Assembly (NCBI GenBank): GCA_041485465.1
Contig: JBGPJO010000005.1
Span: 1 to 53,348, forward strand
Length of the DNA stretch: 53,348 nt
Reading direction: 5' to 3'
Origin: Minisyncoccia bacterium
GTDB lineage: Bacteria > Patescibacteriota > Minisyncoccia > Phycocordibacterales > JAKFXT01
This document shows, in pieces, positions 44,971-53,348 of this stretch. Numbering within the stretch: the first letter of the stretch is position 1; the number at the start of each line of letters is the position of its first letter. Below the pieces are notes generated by a model, which had not been told where the DNA came from, searched no databases, and saw nothing but the letters and a program-made list of their open reading frames with translations. A program made the position numbers and the translations under genes.

Positions 44971-45528
44971 TTATTTATAATTCGGCGACTCCTCTTTTAT
45001 ACCAGACTTATGATTTGAAAGTCGAGCAAGCGCGTAGAGAATACTCGAGAGACGATTCATATAGGTAAGACTCCACTCTCCTACAGGCCGTGTTTTCTCA
45101 TCGGCAACGGCAACAACTCGCCTCTCCGCCCGACGGGCAAGCGTGCGGGAGAAATCAAATAGTGTGGCGAGCTCCGTTCCACCTGAAATAAAAAAGGTTT
45201 TGATGGGGGGAAGTTCTTTTTCGATCTTAAGAATTATCCCTTCGATTTCGCGAACTTTTGATTCTTCGACTGTTTTCGGGGCGCCGGCAAGTTCCGCCTG
45301 AATGATAAAAAGCGTCTGTTGAATTTTATGGACAAGCTCATGAAAAAGAACGCCGTCTTCCCCCACCCGAAGATTTTTTTTCTCTGACATCACTTTCCCA
45401 ATGCCTAAAAAAGAATTGCACTCATCAAGCGTGCCGAGCGCCTCAGCAATGGCTGAGCTTTTTGAAATTCTCTGATTACAGCCGAAGAGTGTCGTTGTTC
45501 CTTTATCCCCCTTGCCCGTAAAAAGCAT
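44971..45528 (-). CDS. ATP:cob(I)alamin adenosyltransferase, PduO type
   Basis: MLFTGKGDKGTTTLFG...ALGTLDECNSFLG is typical of PduO/MMAB-type ATR. The ATG at 45528 is preferred. Confidence 0.82.
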   Translation of the reverse strand: MLFTGKGDKGTTTLFGCNQRISKSSAIAEALGTLDECNSFLGIGKVMSEKKNLRVGEDGVLFHELVHKIQQTLFIIQAELAGAPKTVEESKVREIEGIILKIEKELPPIKTFFISGGTELATLFDFSRTLARRAERRVVAVADEKTRPVGEWSLTYMNRLSSILYALARLSNHKSGIKEESPNYK

Positions 45529-45582
45529 GAAATAATTATAGCAAAAGAAAAGGAGAGGCTTGATGAAAATCACAGCTTCTCC

Positions 45583-46155
45583 TTAATCAGCGGTTTCTTC
45601 GAGTATGACCCTAAGAATACTCGATTTTTCAAAAAGATTTTTCACTTCCCGGGATATTGCGCCTCGGTATTGCGGTGCCTCGCCGCTTTCCCGAAGTCTA
45701 AAGAGAGACTTATTCACGTCAGGAAATTTTTCTTTGAACACCCAAGAAACAGCCGCGGGAAGTTCAGGCCTTTCTCCTATTCCGAGCGCCGTATAAAGTC
45801 TGCTGGAAGATTCCGAGACTCTTTCTCCAATTTCGGGAGGTGTAAGGCCGGTGTAGACATAGAGGATATTGACGCTCGATGATTTCAGCGCCACCAAGTG
45901 TAGGCCCCACGCCCACACAACATTTTCCCCAGAGTCTTTCCTTTGAGGCTCCGGTCCTTTAAGAAGCTCCATGGGAACCTCCCTCCTGTTACCAAAACAT
46001 CTTTTGAAATTAAGCGCTAGATGGGGATCAAAGTCAAGAACACCCGGAAATAAAAATTCTTGAGCAAAAGCCCAAGAATTTTTACTAGTGCCGGAGAGTA
46101 CCTCTTTTCGGAACTGGAGGTTATCTATCCTCTCGTACAAATGAGTATAGACCAT
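45583..46155 (-). CDS. Hypothetical protein (orphan)
   Basis: 190-aa ORF. I recognise no motif. Confidence 0.55.
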   Translation of the reverse strand: MVYTHLYERIDNLQFRKEVLSGTSKNSWAFAQEFLFPGVLDFDPHLALNFKRCFGNRREVPMELLKGPEPQRKDSGENVVWAWGLHLVALKSSSVNILYVYTGLTPPEIGERVSESSSRLYTALGIGERPELPAAVSWVFKEKFPDVNKSLFRLRESGEAPQYRGAISREVKNLFEKSSILRVILEETAD

Positions 46156-46266
46156 TTGAGCCAGCTAGGCTTCTTACCATCAGCACTTGTAAAACCATAA
46201 AATAATTTTGCAGTGTTTTTATCCACAGAGGTTTTTGCTGAGACTATTAGTAAAACGCAGGCATAG

Positions 46267-47368
46267 TGTATATATCGCTCAAGAGTGAGTGATCGCCGAG
46301 ACGCCACCGTAGATAGGAGCCTGATACGGTGGCGGGTGTAGCGGAGCAATCCGTTACCGCCCCGGCGTGAGGCTCTTATTGCTTAATATGCTCGACATCC
46401 GGAGGCATTGCCACGAATTGTCCGCTTCTTTGCTCAAAAAACATTATGAAAACCAAATTAAATAAGTCTTTTGACAACGGAATTAGAACCATGCTTCCAG
46501 GTCAACGCATGCAAAACCGACCTGTAGGGGGTCTATGCGTCATAACATCTGCGCATAGCGAAACCGACAAACGTCTTACGACGAGCGTGCGGTTGATGCG
46601 TTCTTTTGCGGGACGGGTAAATAGCGAGCTTCCACCGGACTTGCCCAAGCTACCGCCCCCCATGTAGAGCGCACCATCTTCACGATGACGAAAATACCAT
46701 AAAGTGCCTGTGCTTGCACACAGGAGTTGAAACGAGTTGCCCAGTGACCATTCACCCGCAAGGGACTTTCGTAACTGGGATTTGGTTTCTAGCCGAAGGG
46801 GTGAAATAACGATTGGTATTGTTCGTCCGTTTGAGGTCAGACGTCTCAAATGTGTAATTCCTGCATAGGAGCCACACAACCCTCCCCGTTTGCCTGAATG
46901 AGAGGACACACAGACAGGGAGCAGGCTCAAAGACGAAGACCTTTCGCATACATACGCCGAAGGGGAAGTCCGGGTATTGCCCAAATATTCTCTAGAAGCA
47001 AAGGTCAACGAAGGACAAGAGTAATCCAAGCCCTCCTACGCACAGGAGCCATGGATGGAACTAGTATCAAGGACGAGCAGGAGCGGCTGAGCGCCCAGCT
47101 CGACGCTGTACAGGCAGAAATGCGAGTTTATGGGGAGTCTGCAAAGGAAATGCTCAAATATGTTCTGACCTTTTCCGAACTCGCAAAGAACGCCAGTTTG
47201 TACTACAAATTCGCCCTCGACAACGAAAGACGAGAAATAGTCATGCAAGTGTTTTCCGAACTCGTGTTTGTGGACGGACACCTAAAAACCTATGTAGGGA
47301 AGGACGGTTTCGACGTCCTGTTAAAAAGACATCAAAACGGGAACTCTGGTGCGCAGGAGAGGACTTGA
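46267..47368 (+). pseudogene. Decayed large serine recombinase (integrase) gene
   Basis: The frame at 46267 reads CIYRSRVSDRRDATVDRSL (compare the resolvase N-terminus IYxRVSxxxQx5SL) and then hits a stop. The last ~105 codons (47051-47365) are intact and resemble the recombinase C-terminal tail (MDGTSIKDEQERL...NASLYYKFALDNERREIVMQVFSELVFVDGHL). Between them are multiple stops and frameshifts, and the total length is too short. Confidence 0.5.
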
Positions 47369-47433
47369 ACCTCCATGCCCTTGCGGGCGCTACCACCTCA
47401 AGGTAGTGCGTCTACCAATTTCGCCACCTGCGC
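47347..47433 (-). tRNA. tRNA-Leu (GAG), long variable arm, CCA encoded
   Basis: GCGCAGG acceptor, anticodon arm CTACC-TTGAGGT-GGTAG, variable arm CGCCCGCAAGGGCA, T-arm GGAGG-TTCAAGT-CCTCT, ending in ACCA. Confidence 0.92.
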
Positions 47434-47470
47434 GTCAAAAGATTATGCAGAAAAAAAGAAAAAACTTCAA

Positions 47471-47500
47471 GAAAACGAAAATCCCCGCCTATCCGCGGGA
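47471..47500 (-). terminator. Intrinsic terminator after rplS
   Basis: The minus strand reads CCCGC ggatag GCGGG GATTTTCGTTTTC. Confidence 0.55.
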
Positions 47501-47503
47501 ATT

Positions 47504-47920
47504 TTATTTCACTACCTCTTCCGCCTTAATTTCTTCGGGTTTCTCCTCTAAAATTTCTGGCACCACCGTTACCTTTCTCAAATTTCGCATCTGACGCTTG
47601 ATTTCACGTGCCGCTTTATCGCGAACATAGTAGAGCTTTGCCCGGCGGACTTTCGCTCGACGCATTAGTTCAATCTTCTCAATCACCGGTGAATATATCG
47701 GAAAAATTTTCTCAACACCAACGCCGCTTGCCACCTTTCTCACGGTAAACGTGCCGCCCGCTTCCTTGCCGTGCTTGACCGCAAGCACCAATCCCTCAAA
47801 AGCCTGGAGGCGCGTCTTTTCACCTTCAACAATTTTCAGGGAAACACGCACCGTATCCCCCGGTCGGATGTCGAGTTTTTTCCGCTCTTCCGTATTAACT
47901 GGAGAGTGAACTTCCTTCAT
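47504..47920 (-). CDS. rplS: 50S ribosomal protein bL19
   Basis: [46 protein letters not shown]...[16 protein letters not shown]. The ATG at 47920 is preferred; the alternative is a TTG at 47962. Confidence 0.9.
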   Translation of the reverse strand: MKEVHSPVNTEERKKLDIRPGDTVRVSLKIVEGEKTRLQAFEGLVLAVKHGKEAGGTFTVRKVASGVGVEKIFPIYSPVIEKIELMRRAKVRRAKLYYVRDKAAREIKRQMRNLRKVTVVPEILEEKPEEIKAEEVVK

Positions 47921-47963
47921 AAAAGTGTTCGCTACTTTAACACATTGAATGTAGCGCCGCAAC

Positions 47964-48719
47964 TTACTCGGGAAGGCGATCGAAGATTTTTTTTGCTTCT
48001 ATGAAATCTGGAGGAAGCGGCGCTTCAACCGTTACCTCTTTTCCCTCTCTGTCTTTGAAAGTAATTGAACGAGCATGAAGCGCAAGCCGATTAAAATTGA
48101 GCCCGCAGGGTTTAGTCTTGGCGTATACCCGGTCGCAGACAACCGGATGCTGTATAGCCTTTAGGTGAGCCCTAATTTGATGGGTACGGCCGGTTTTTGG
48201 AATAAGCTCAAGAAATGAAAAATCTTTTTTTGCCTCAAGCCTCGTAAAATAGGTAAGCGCTTCGCGCATTTCTCCGCGAGCGCGTGCGGGTGCGGCGTAT
48301 TGTCGAAAGTCGCCCTTGCTTCTCCCCAACGGAAGATTGATGCTCCCCGCCTCTTTCCCGACCCTGCCATAGACAAAAGCATTGTAGATCTTGCGAGTGG
48401 TCCTCCCTTGAAATTGCTTCTTGAGTTTAAGAAATGCCGATTGATTTTTAGCAATAAGAATTACGCCCGACGTTTCCCGGTCAAGCCGGTGGACGATACC
48501 GGGACGCGCAACTACCCTGCCATCTGAGAGCGTGAGCGACTCACCAACGTCTTTCGCTTCGGGAAAACGGGAAACTACAAAATCACACAGGGTCTTCTCC
48601 GTACTTTTGCCGTCGGGATGAACCATGAGACCTGGTGGTTTGAAAAGTGCCGCGCTATCGCGATCTTCCCAAAGCACCCGGACTTCTTTAAGCGCCGAAG
48701 CGTCTTTCCCGCTCTCCAT
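47964..48719 (-). CDS. RluA-family pseudouridine synthase (no S4 domain)
   Basis: [21 protein letters not shown] and the catalytic [15 protein letters not shown]. The ATG at 48719 overlaps the uppS 3' end by 32 nt. Confidence 0.88.
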   Translation of the reverse strand: MESGKDASALKEVRVLWEDRDSAALFKPPGLMVHPDGKSTEKTLCDFVVSRFPEAKDVGESLTLSDGRVVARPGIVHRLDRETSGVILIAKNQSAFLKLKKQFQGRTTRKIYNAFVYGRVGKEAGSINLPLGRSKGDFRQYAAPARARGEMREALTYFTRLEAKKDFSFLELIPKTGRTHQIRAHLKAIQHPVVCDRVYAKTKPCGLNFNRLALHARSITFKDREGKEVTVEAPLPPDFIEAKKIFDRLPE

Positions 48720-49368
48720 ATTCTTTAAGAATCGCTTCAAATTGGCTTTTTTCAAAAGCCGGCCAGTATGTATCGACAAAAAAGAGTTCGCTGTATACGC
48801 TTTGCCACGGCAAAAAATTGGAGAGCCGCTTCACTCCGCCGGTGCGGATAATGAGATCCGGATCCGGCATACCGGCGGTCCATAGTTCCTGTGAAAATAA
48901 TTCATCAGTTACGCTCTCGGGAGCAACACCTTTTTTCATTAAACCCTTAACTGCTTGAAGAATTTCCGCCCGACCGCCATAAGAGAGCGCAAGCCATAAA
49001 GTAATTGAACCTTCTTTTGTCTCCCTTTCAACATTTACCATTGCTTCCTGAATATCTTTTTCAAATCTCTCACGCTGACCAACGAAGCGAATACGTCCTC
49101 CCCGCTTTTTAATTTCTTCGATTTCCGTCGTCATCACTTCACGCAAAAGCTTCATCAGGTATGAAACTTCTTCCGGCGAGCGATTCCAGTTTTCCGTTGA
49201 AAACCCGTATATGACGGCATGCTGTACCCCGGCATCTTTTGCCCAATCTAAAAACTCCTTCAGTTTTTCATAGCCGCGGCGATGGCCGTCAAACGCCGTT
49301 AATCCCTGTTCGCGGGCAAAGCGACGATTACCGTCCATGATGATACCGATGGTTTTTGGAATTTTCAC
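48688..49368 (-). CDS. uppS: Undecaprenyl-diphosphate synthase
   Basis: IGIIMDGNRRFA, ENWNRSPEEV, PDLIIRTGG and a C-terminal RERRFG. Confidence 0.93.
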   Translation of the reverse strand: MKIPKTIGIIMDGNRRFAREQGLTAFDGHRRGYEKLKEFLDWAKDAGVQHAVIYGFSTENWNRSPEEVSYLMKLLREVMTTEIEEIKKRGGRIRFVGQRERFEKDIQEAMVNVERETKEGSITLWLALSYGGRAEILQAVKGLMKKGVAPESVTDELFSQELWTAGMPDPDLIIRTGGVKRLSNFLPWQSVYSELFFVDTYWPAFEKSQFEAILKEYGERERRFGA

Positions 49369-49369
49369 G

Positions 49370-49642
49370 TTAATAGGAAATTGTAAAATCTATGTAAGGC
49401 TTTTTCGGGAAGCGGGAGACGACTGAAACTGAATCAACCCGTGACAAGAGAGATCCTTTTCTCAAGTGCTCCGTAAATTCGCCAAGCTTACTTCTCTCTC
49501 CTTGTGCGACAACAATTACTGTACCATCAGGATTATTCCGCACAAAGCCGATAAGCCCGAGTTTAAGAGCCTTCCGTCTTGCAAAATCCCTAAACAGTAC
49601 TAGCTGGACCCTCCCTGTTATTATCGCTTCAATTTCTTCCAT
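49370..49642 (-). CDS. acyP: Acylphosphatase
   Basis: 90 aa containing ITGRVQLVLFRDFARRKALKLGLIGFVRNNPDGTVIVVAQG. Confidence 0.88.
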   Translation of the reverse strand: MEEIEAIITGRVQLVLFRDFARRKALKLGLIGFVRNNPDGTVIVVAQGERSKLGEFTEHLRKGSLLSRVDSVSVVSRFPKKPYIDFTISY

Positions 49643-49686
49643 TCCTTAAAAAACTCTTTGTGATCGAGAAAAGTTCGCATCATGAG

Positions 49687-49758
49687 TGGGCGATAAGGGA
49701 TTTGAACCCCTGACCTTCGCTGTGTAAAAGCGCTGCTCTACCACTGAGCTAATCGCCC
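49687..49758 (-). tRNA. tRNA-Val (TAC)
   Basis: GGGCGAT acceptor, D-arm GCTC-AGTGGTA-GAGC, anticodon loop TTTACAC, T-arm AGGGG-TTCAAAT-CCCTT, discriminator A. No CCA is encoded. Confidence 0.9.
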
Positions 49759-49801
49759 GATACCCTACCACATACCAAAAAGATATCATAATTACTGCGA
49801 G

Positions 49802-49873
49802 TGCCCCCGGGAGGAATTGAACCTCCATTAAGAGCTTAGAAGTCTCCCGTTCTATCCATTGAACTACAGGGGC
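49802..49873 (-). tRNA. tRNA-Arg (TCT), probable
   Basis: GCCCCTG acceptor, D-arm GTTC/GAAC, anticodon loop CTTCTAA with an A31/G39 mismatch, T-arm GGAGG-TTCAATT-CCTCC. No CCA is encoded. Confidence 0.85.
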
Positions 49874-49923
49874 AAAAATCGATGGACGCACCAAGCCTAG
49901 CAAAAATAAAACGAAAGAAAAAG

Positions 49924-50253
49924 CTACAACGAGGGCGCCACCGGTCTCTTTTCTTTAAGGACATTGAACTCGGTAGCTTTTTCTCCAAACTGCTGAAGCA
50001 CCACGTTCAGCTTCTCGCGGCTCAAAGTTTCAACATTACCTGCGCCACTTCCCATATCGCTTAAAGACCCGCCGTATGAAATCTGATAAAAAACATAGAA
50101 ACCGAATCCGAGGATAAAGAGGGTGAGGAGCGAAAGTGCCAGGACAACCACTCCCCAGTGCCTGAAGACCAAAATGTCATCTTCTTTACCCGATAGCGTA
50201 GGCCGGAGACCGCCCCTTAGTCGAAGAAAAATTTTTTTAAGGTCGCTATACAT
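49924..50253 (-). CDS. Small single-pass membrane protein at the end of the pilM/N/O-like block
   Basis: 109 aa with one TM span (VVVLALSLLTLFILGFGFYVFY). Its start lies 2 nt from the upstream stop. Confidence 0.6.
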   Translation of the reverse strand: MYSDLKKIFLRLRGGLRPTLSGKEDDILVFRHWGVVVLALSLLTLFILGFGFYVFYQISYGGSLSDMGSGAGNVETLSREKLNVVLQQFGEKATEFNVLKEKRPVAPSL

Positions 50254-50254
50254 A

Positions 50255-50794
50255 CTATTTGAGCTTAAGCGCTTCTAAAACAAAAGTTAAGCGCCATTGT
50301 TTATCTTTCTTTTGAAAGCCCGGGGAAATATCATCGAGAGAAACCTTGCTGACCTCAAGTTTAAGTGGCATGTGTTCAACAAGAGAAAGAAACCAGAAAA
50401 GATTGCTAAAATTCCCTTCGGCGGTCGCGTTCATCGTCACGTATTCAAACATATTGCCTCCGTTCCCTTGATCAACACCGATACTATTAACTGAGACTTT
50501 AGCGTTCACAAGTTTACCGAGGCTCTCCACTGATTCGATAAACGAAACGATGCCGTCTTTCCCGATAAAATAAGTTTCAAGCTTTGTCCGCTCTTCTTTG
50601 GTGTCGGAAAGCAAATGTTTCATCGCAACACTGCCATTTTGCTGTTGTTCGGCGGCAGCAAGGTTTTCTTCAAGTAACGTAAGTGAAGCGCTTTTGTCAT
50701 AAATGCTATAGAGAAAAAAGAGCGAGAGCGCTACCGAACAAAAGGCGGAAATGAAAGCGATACTAAGAATGACTGTGCTTCGTTTGGTTGTCAT
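50255..50794 (-). CDS. PilO-like pilus assembly membrane protein
   Basis: 179 aa: an N-terminal TM span, a short coiled segment, then an alpha/beta domain, in the position after pilN. The assignment rests on architecture and context. Confidence 0.55.
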   Translation of the reverse strand: MTTKRSTVILSIAFISAFCSVALSLFFLYSIYDKSASLTLLEENLAAAEQQQNGSVAMKHLLSDTKEERTKLETYFIGKDGIVSFIESVESLGKLVNAKVSVNSIGVDQGNGGNMFEYVTMNATAEGNFSNLFWFLSLVEHMPLKLEVSKVSLDDISPGFQKKDKQWRLTFVLEALKLK

Positions 50795-50796
50795 AG

Positions 50797-51336
50797 TTAA
50801 AATGATCCGGAGATAGCGATTGAGAATGAGACATTGGTATCTTTCGCAAGTATCGCAACCGGTAGATTGACCTTTTCAAAGGGCGCGGTTTTCTGTATCT
50901 GGTCGCGGAAAAGAAGTAGGTCGTCTCTCGTCCCCGCGCTACCCGAAACCGTCAGTTTCCCTTTCCCATTACTAAATTCATAAACGATGTTGTCGATTGA
51001 AACACCGGTGGGTTTTCCCTCGAGAAGTTTTGAAAGTAAGTCGCTCGGTACATGCGAAACAGCATTTGCCTGGAGTAATTTTATTTCTTCTCCGGTAAGG
51101 AAAACGTCTGCGCCGGTCGTTCCCGAATTTTGAGCACCCCCTAATTGGTTGAGAGTCTCTGCCGCCGTTTTAGCCTGGCTTTCTTTTATAGAGACTGCGA
51201 TATATGAGGGAATGAAAGATACGAAAGCAATGAGGGCAACCGCTGTCAGCCCAAAAAAGAGCACTGTGAGGAGCCGGAGCTTATACTCTTTCTTCAGGGT
51301 CTTTTTTACTTCTTGGGGAAGAACGTTGTAATACAT
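50797..51336 (-). CDS. PilN-like (fimbrial assembly) membrane protein
   Basis: 179 aa. The N-terminus YNVLPQEV...KLRLLTVLFFGLTAVALIAFVSFIP resembles the PilN INLLP plus TM architecture. Confidence 0.6.
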   Translation of the reverse strand: MYYNVLPQEVKKTLKKEYKLRLLTVLFFGLTAVALIAFVSFIPSYIAVSIKESQAKTAAETLNQLGGAQNSGTTGADVFLTGEEIKLLQANAVSHVPSDLLSKLLEGKPTGVSIDNIVYEFSNGKGKLTVSGSAGTRDDLLLFRDQIQKTAPFEKVNLPVAILAKDTNVSFSIAISGSF

Positions 51337-51339
51337 TGT

Positions 51340-52443
51340 TTAAAGACCGCGAAGACTAAGCCCAATTGCCGCCGCGTACGAAAGAGAGGTTGAAAAAGGC
51401 ATAGCCGGAAGTTCCTGGTCAAGAGAGAGAATATTAAGCCAGACATTGCCAAGTTCGACTCTCGTTTTAAGAATGAGGGAGAGGTGTTCAACAAGACCGC
51501 TTAAATTCACGTCCCCTCCACAGAGAATAATTTTCCGGATGGGTGTCGGTTTCCTTCCTTTTTTATCGGGGTGGGTATGCCAATAGACATAATGCTTATT
51601 GATTTCATCCGAGAGCGCTGAAATGCTGTTCATCAGGGTTGAAAAAAATTCGCGGTGAACACCGTGCCCGACAAATGTTCCTTCGTGTTTGATCTGCTCC
51701 GCCTCATCAAAAGAAACGTTAAATTGTTTTTGAATCGCACCCGTTAAAATATTGCCGCCAACATCGACCGTTGAGGCGAACTGCACCACTCCCCGCTCGA
51801 CAATCGAAAGGCCGGTACGTTGACGCCCGAAATCAACAATCATGTAGCAACTGGGGTCTTTCTTTGCGACAAGAGCACGAGCGATGGGGCACGCTTCCAT
51901 TTCAAACGAAAGCACTGTCATGCCCGCCTCTTTATAGAGCGACAAGTACGAGTCAACCATTGCTTTCGGAAAAACCGAAACGACCGCTTCGCGACTCTGT
52001 CCTTCCTCCTCGTGGGGTGGCAAAAAAACATAATCGAACACGGCGTCTGCTACCTTAATCGGAACATTTTCCTCAAGTTGGAAAGCGATATTATCGCGTG
52101 TTTCTTCGGCGTTTAGGATGGGGACGTCAGTCTTAAAAAGGTAGGCTTTTTCCTCCGGCAAAGAGCACCGGATGAAAGAGAGATGTTCGGTCTGAACAAG
52201 CTCTTTTAAAATCTCCGCGAGCGTTTTTCTGTCCTTGATGTCGCCGTAGGAGAGGGCGCCGTCGGGAATATTTCTTTGCCCGAATCGTTTCAAAAACTTT
52301 TTACCGCGCTTTTCCCCAAGCCCAATAAACCGAACCGAATGGTCGGAAATGTCGACGCCAAAGGACGGCATCCGAAGATATTCCGGTGGCGGAAACATCC
52401 TAAAAAAAAGATTTTCATCAATCTGTGCCTCGCGCGAATGCAT
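51340..52443 (-). CDS. pilM: Type IV pilus assembly ATPase-fold protein PilM
   Basis: Actin/FtsA-like fold blocks: FGVDISDHSVRFIGL, MIVDFGRQRTGLSIV and ILCGGDVNLSGL. Confidence 0.82.
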   Translation of the reverse strand: MHSREAQIDENLFFRMFPPPEYLRMPSFGVDISDHSVRFIGLGEKRGKKFLKRFGQRNIPDGALSYGDIKDRKTLAEILKELVQTEHLSFIRCSLPEEKAYLFKTDVPILNAEETRDNIAFQLEENVPIKVADAVFDYVFLPPHEEEGQSREAVVSVFPKAMVDSYLSLYKEAGMTVLSFEMEACPIARALVAKKDPSCYMIVDFGRQRTGLSIVERGVVQFASTVDVGGNILTGAIQKQFNVSFDEAEQIKHEGTFVGHGVHREFFSTLMNSISALSDEINKHYVYWHTHPDKKGRKPTPIRKIILCGGDVNLSGLVEHLSLILKTRVELGNVWLNILSLDQELPAMPFSTSLSYAAAIGLSLRGL

Positions 52444-52509
52444 TGTTCTTTATTATACGACTTCTCGTCTGCTTACCTATCCCCACTTACTGTGTTATGG
52501 GAATCATTG

Positions 52510-52893
52510 TTATTGTTTTGGTTGTTTATCAAGATACCGCTGAAGGATAATGGCGGCGGCTGAAGCGTCATGCATCTCCCCCACTCCCTGAAAACGCGAG
52601 GCTTCAATCGATGAGCCGTATTCAGGCTCAAGAAAAATCGTAAGCTTCTCTTTTTCAAGCGCGTCTTTGAAAATACGGATATCTTTCATGAGGGGATTTT
52701 CGCGCCCACCGTAATCTTTCGACTCGCCGATAACCACTCTCCTTACTTTTTCCTCCGCAGCGATCTTTTTTATGGCGCGAGTGGTACCTCTACCATTTTT
52801 AATAACCGCCTTCGGAAAAGCAAAGGTGCCCTCTTCATTTGAAAGAGCGATGCCGATTCTCTTCTTTCCGTAATCTATCCCCATAATGCGCAT
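52510..52893 (-). CDS. ruvX: Putative pre-16S rRNA nuclease / Holliday-junction-resolvase-like YqgF
   Basis: MRIMGIDYGKKRIGIALSNEEGTFAFP...VVIGES...DASAAAIILQ. Confidence 0.9.
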   Translation of the reverse strand: MRIMGIDYGKKRIGIALSNEEGTFAFPKAVIKNGRGTTRAIKKIAAEEKVRRVVIGESKDYGGRENPLMKDIRIFKDALEKEKLTIFLEPEYGSSIEASRFQGVGEMHDASAAAIILQRYLDKQPKQ

Positions 52894-52967
52894 AGGAGTA
52901 TTCTACGTGAGAGCTCTCCGTGCTCAAAGGTTGTCTTCGGAAAGAACTTTTTATATGATACTTACAT

Positions 52968-53240
52968 ATGTATTCGAATAATTTTCTCGGTGTAGGAGGG
53001 TTTTCGGGATTCTCGTTTGCAGGCTTCGGAATTTTTATCCTTCTCCTTCTTGTTTGGAGCGTTGTCTGGAAAGGCTTCGCGCTCTGGCAATCGGCAAAGC
53101 GCTCTGAAAAGTGGTGGTTCATTATTTTCCTCTTCGTTAACACGGCGGGAATTCTTGAAATCATTTATCTATTTTGGATTTCAAAAGCGGGCATCCCGGG
53201 AATATCTTCACCCTCGACAAAGACCGAGGAAAAAAGCTAA
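52968..53240 (+). CDS. Small membrane protein (DUF5652-like)
   Basis: VWSVVWKGFALWQSAKRSEKWWFIIFLFVNTAGILEIIYLF matches my recollection of the DUF5652 signature. Confidence 0.72.
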   Translation: MYSNNFLGVGGFSGFSFAGFGIFILLLLVWSVVWKGFALWQSAKRSEKWWFIIFLFVNTAGILEIIYLFWISKAGIPGISSPSTKTEEKS

Positions 53241-53262
53241 AATAGCCACCGCCTAAAATTCT

Positions 53263-53347
53263 GGAGGAGTGGCAGAGTGGTCTATCGCACCGGTCTTGAA
53301 AACCGGAGACTCGAAAGGGTCCGTGAGTTCGAATCTCACCTCCTCCG
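53263..53347 (+). tRNA. tRNA-Ser (TGA), long variable arm; reaches the window end
   Basis: GGAGGAG acceptor, anticodon arm CCGGT-CTTGAAA-ACCGG, long variable arm, T-arm GTGAG-TTCGAAT-CTCAC, discriminator G at 53347. Confidence 0.9.
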
Positions 53348-53348
53348 C

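Noticed and set aside
46959-46983. GAAGGGGAAGTCCGGGTATTGCCC, which resembles the RNase P RNA P4 block (GGAAAGUCCGGGC)
   Set aside because: None of the other universally conserved RNase P regions could be found in the right order on either strand. These include the GGGUGAAA..GUAAGAGC region in the proper downstream position and the ACAGAAnnCGGCUUA 3' strand of P4. The stretch also lies in frame within the recombinase remnant. A cmscan run would settle it.
46446-47029. Track ORFs 46446-46667 (+), 46502-47029 (-), 46576-46761 (-) and 46752-46949 (-)
   Set aside because: All lie in the decayed-recombinase region. Their translations are not protein-like (Cys/Arg/Ser-rich), they mutually overlap, and none has start signals.
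49646-49903. 85-aa minus-strand ORF on the track
   Set aside because: It is made up entirely of the tRNA-Val and tRNA-Arg genes and their spacer on the same strand. It is a read-through artefact, not a CDS.

Overview
This is a 53.3-kb, gene-dense chromosomal segment, mostly transcribed on the minus strand. It uses the standard genetic code (TGA, TAA and TAG all end well-conserved genes). It holds the 5' 1.3 kb of a 23S rRNA gene, six tRNA genes and about 60 CDS, which are mainly housekeeping genes. The recognisable ones are:
- **Ribosomal proteins:** rplJ-rplL, secE-nusG-rplK, rpsF-ssb-rpsR and rplS.
- **Aminoacyl-tRNA synthetases:** argS, ileS, glyQS and metG.
- **Replication and repair:** ftsK, recA, recO, ruvX.
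- **Nucleotide metabolism:** thyA-folA, a dCMP deaminase, purD, purM.
- **Other:** efp, uppS and a pilM/N/O-like block.

Several traits suggest a small-genome Patescibacteria/CPR (Parcubacteria-like) bacterium. These are a 23S gene with no 16S upstream, an L11 operon with no L1 gene, DUF1360- and DUF5652-like small membrane proteins, a huge peptidoglycan-anchored Ser/Thr-rich surface protein, and monoderm-type pilus genes. This taxonomic call is inference only.

The most unusual observation is an uninterrupted IleRS gene carrying a complete, apparently catalytically intact histidine-phosphatase (PGAM-like) domain nested between its two zinc knuckles. Other points worth a second look:
- a frameshifted serine-recombinase pseudogene that runs into the 3' end of tRNA-Leu, the only tRNA here with an encoded CCA;
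- a candidate attenuator leader upstream of rplJ;
- an orphan promoter-plus-terminator unit and a 35-nt palindrome in the 23S upstream region;
- a terminator shaped like a tRNA acceptor/T-arm minihelix;
- four phased 11-bp direct repeats in a C-rich, G-poor 0.4-kb spacer upstream of purD;
- several visibly GC-richer orphan genes.

No CRISPR array, intact transposon or recognisable defence system was seen. All calls come from reading the sequence and ORF track by eye, and no database search was run.
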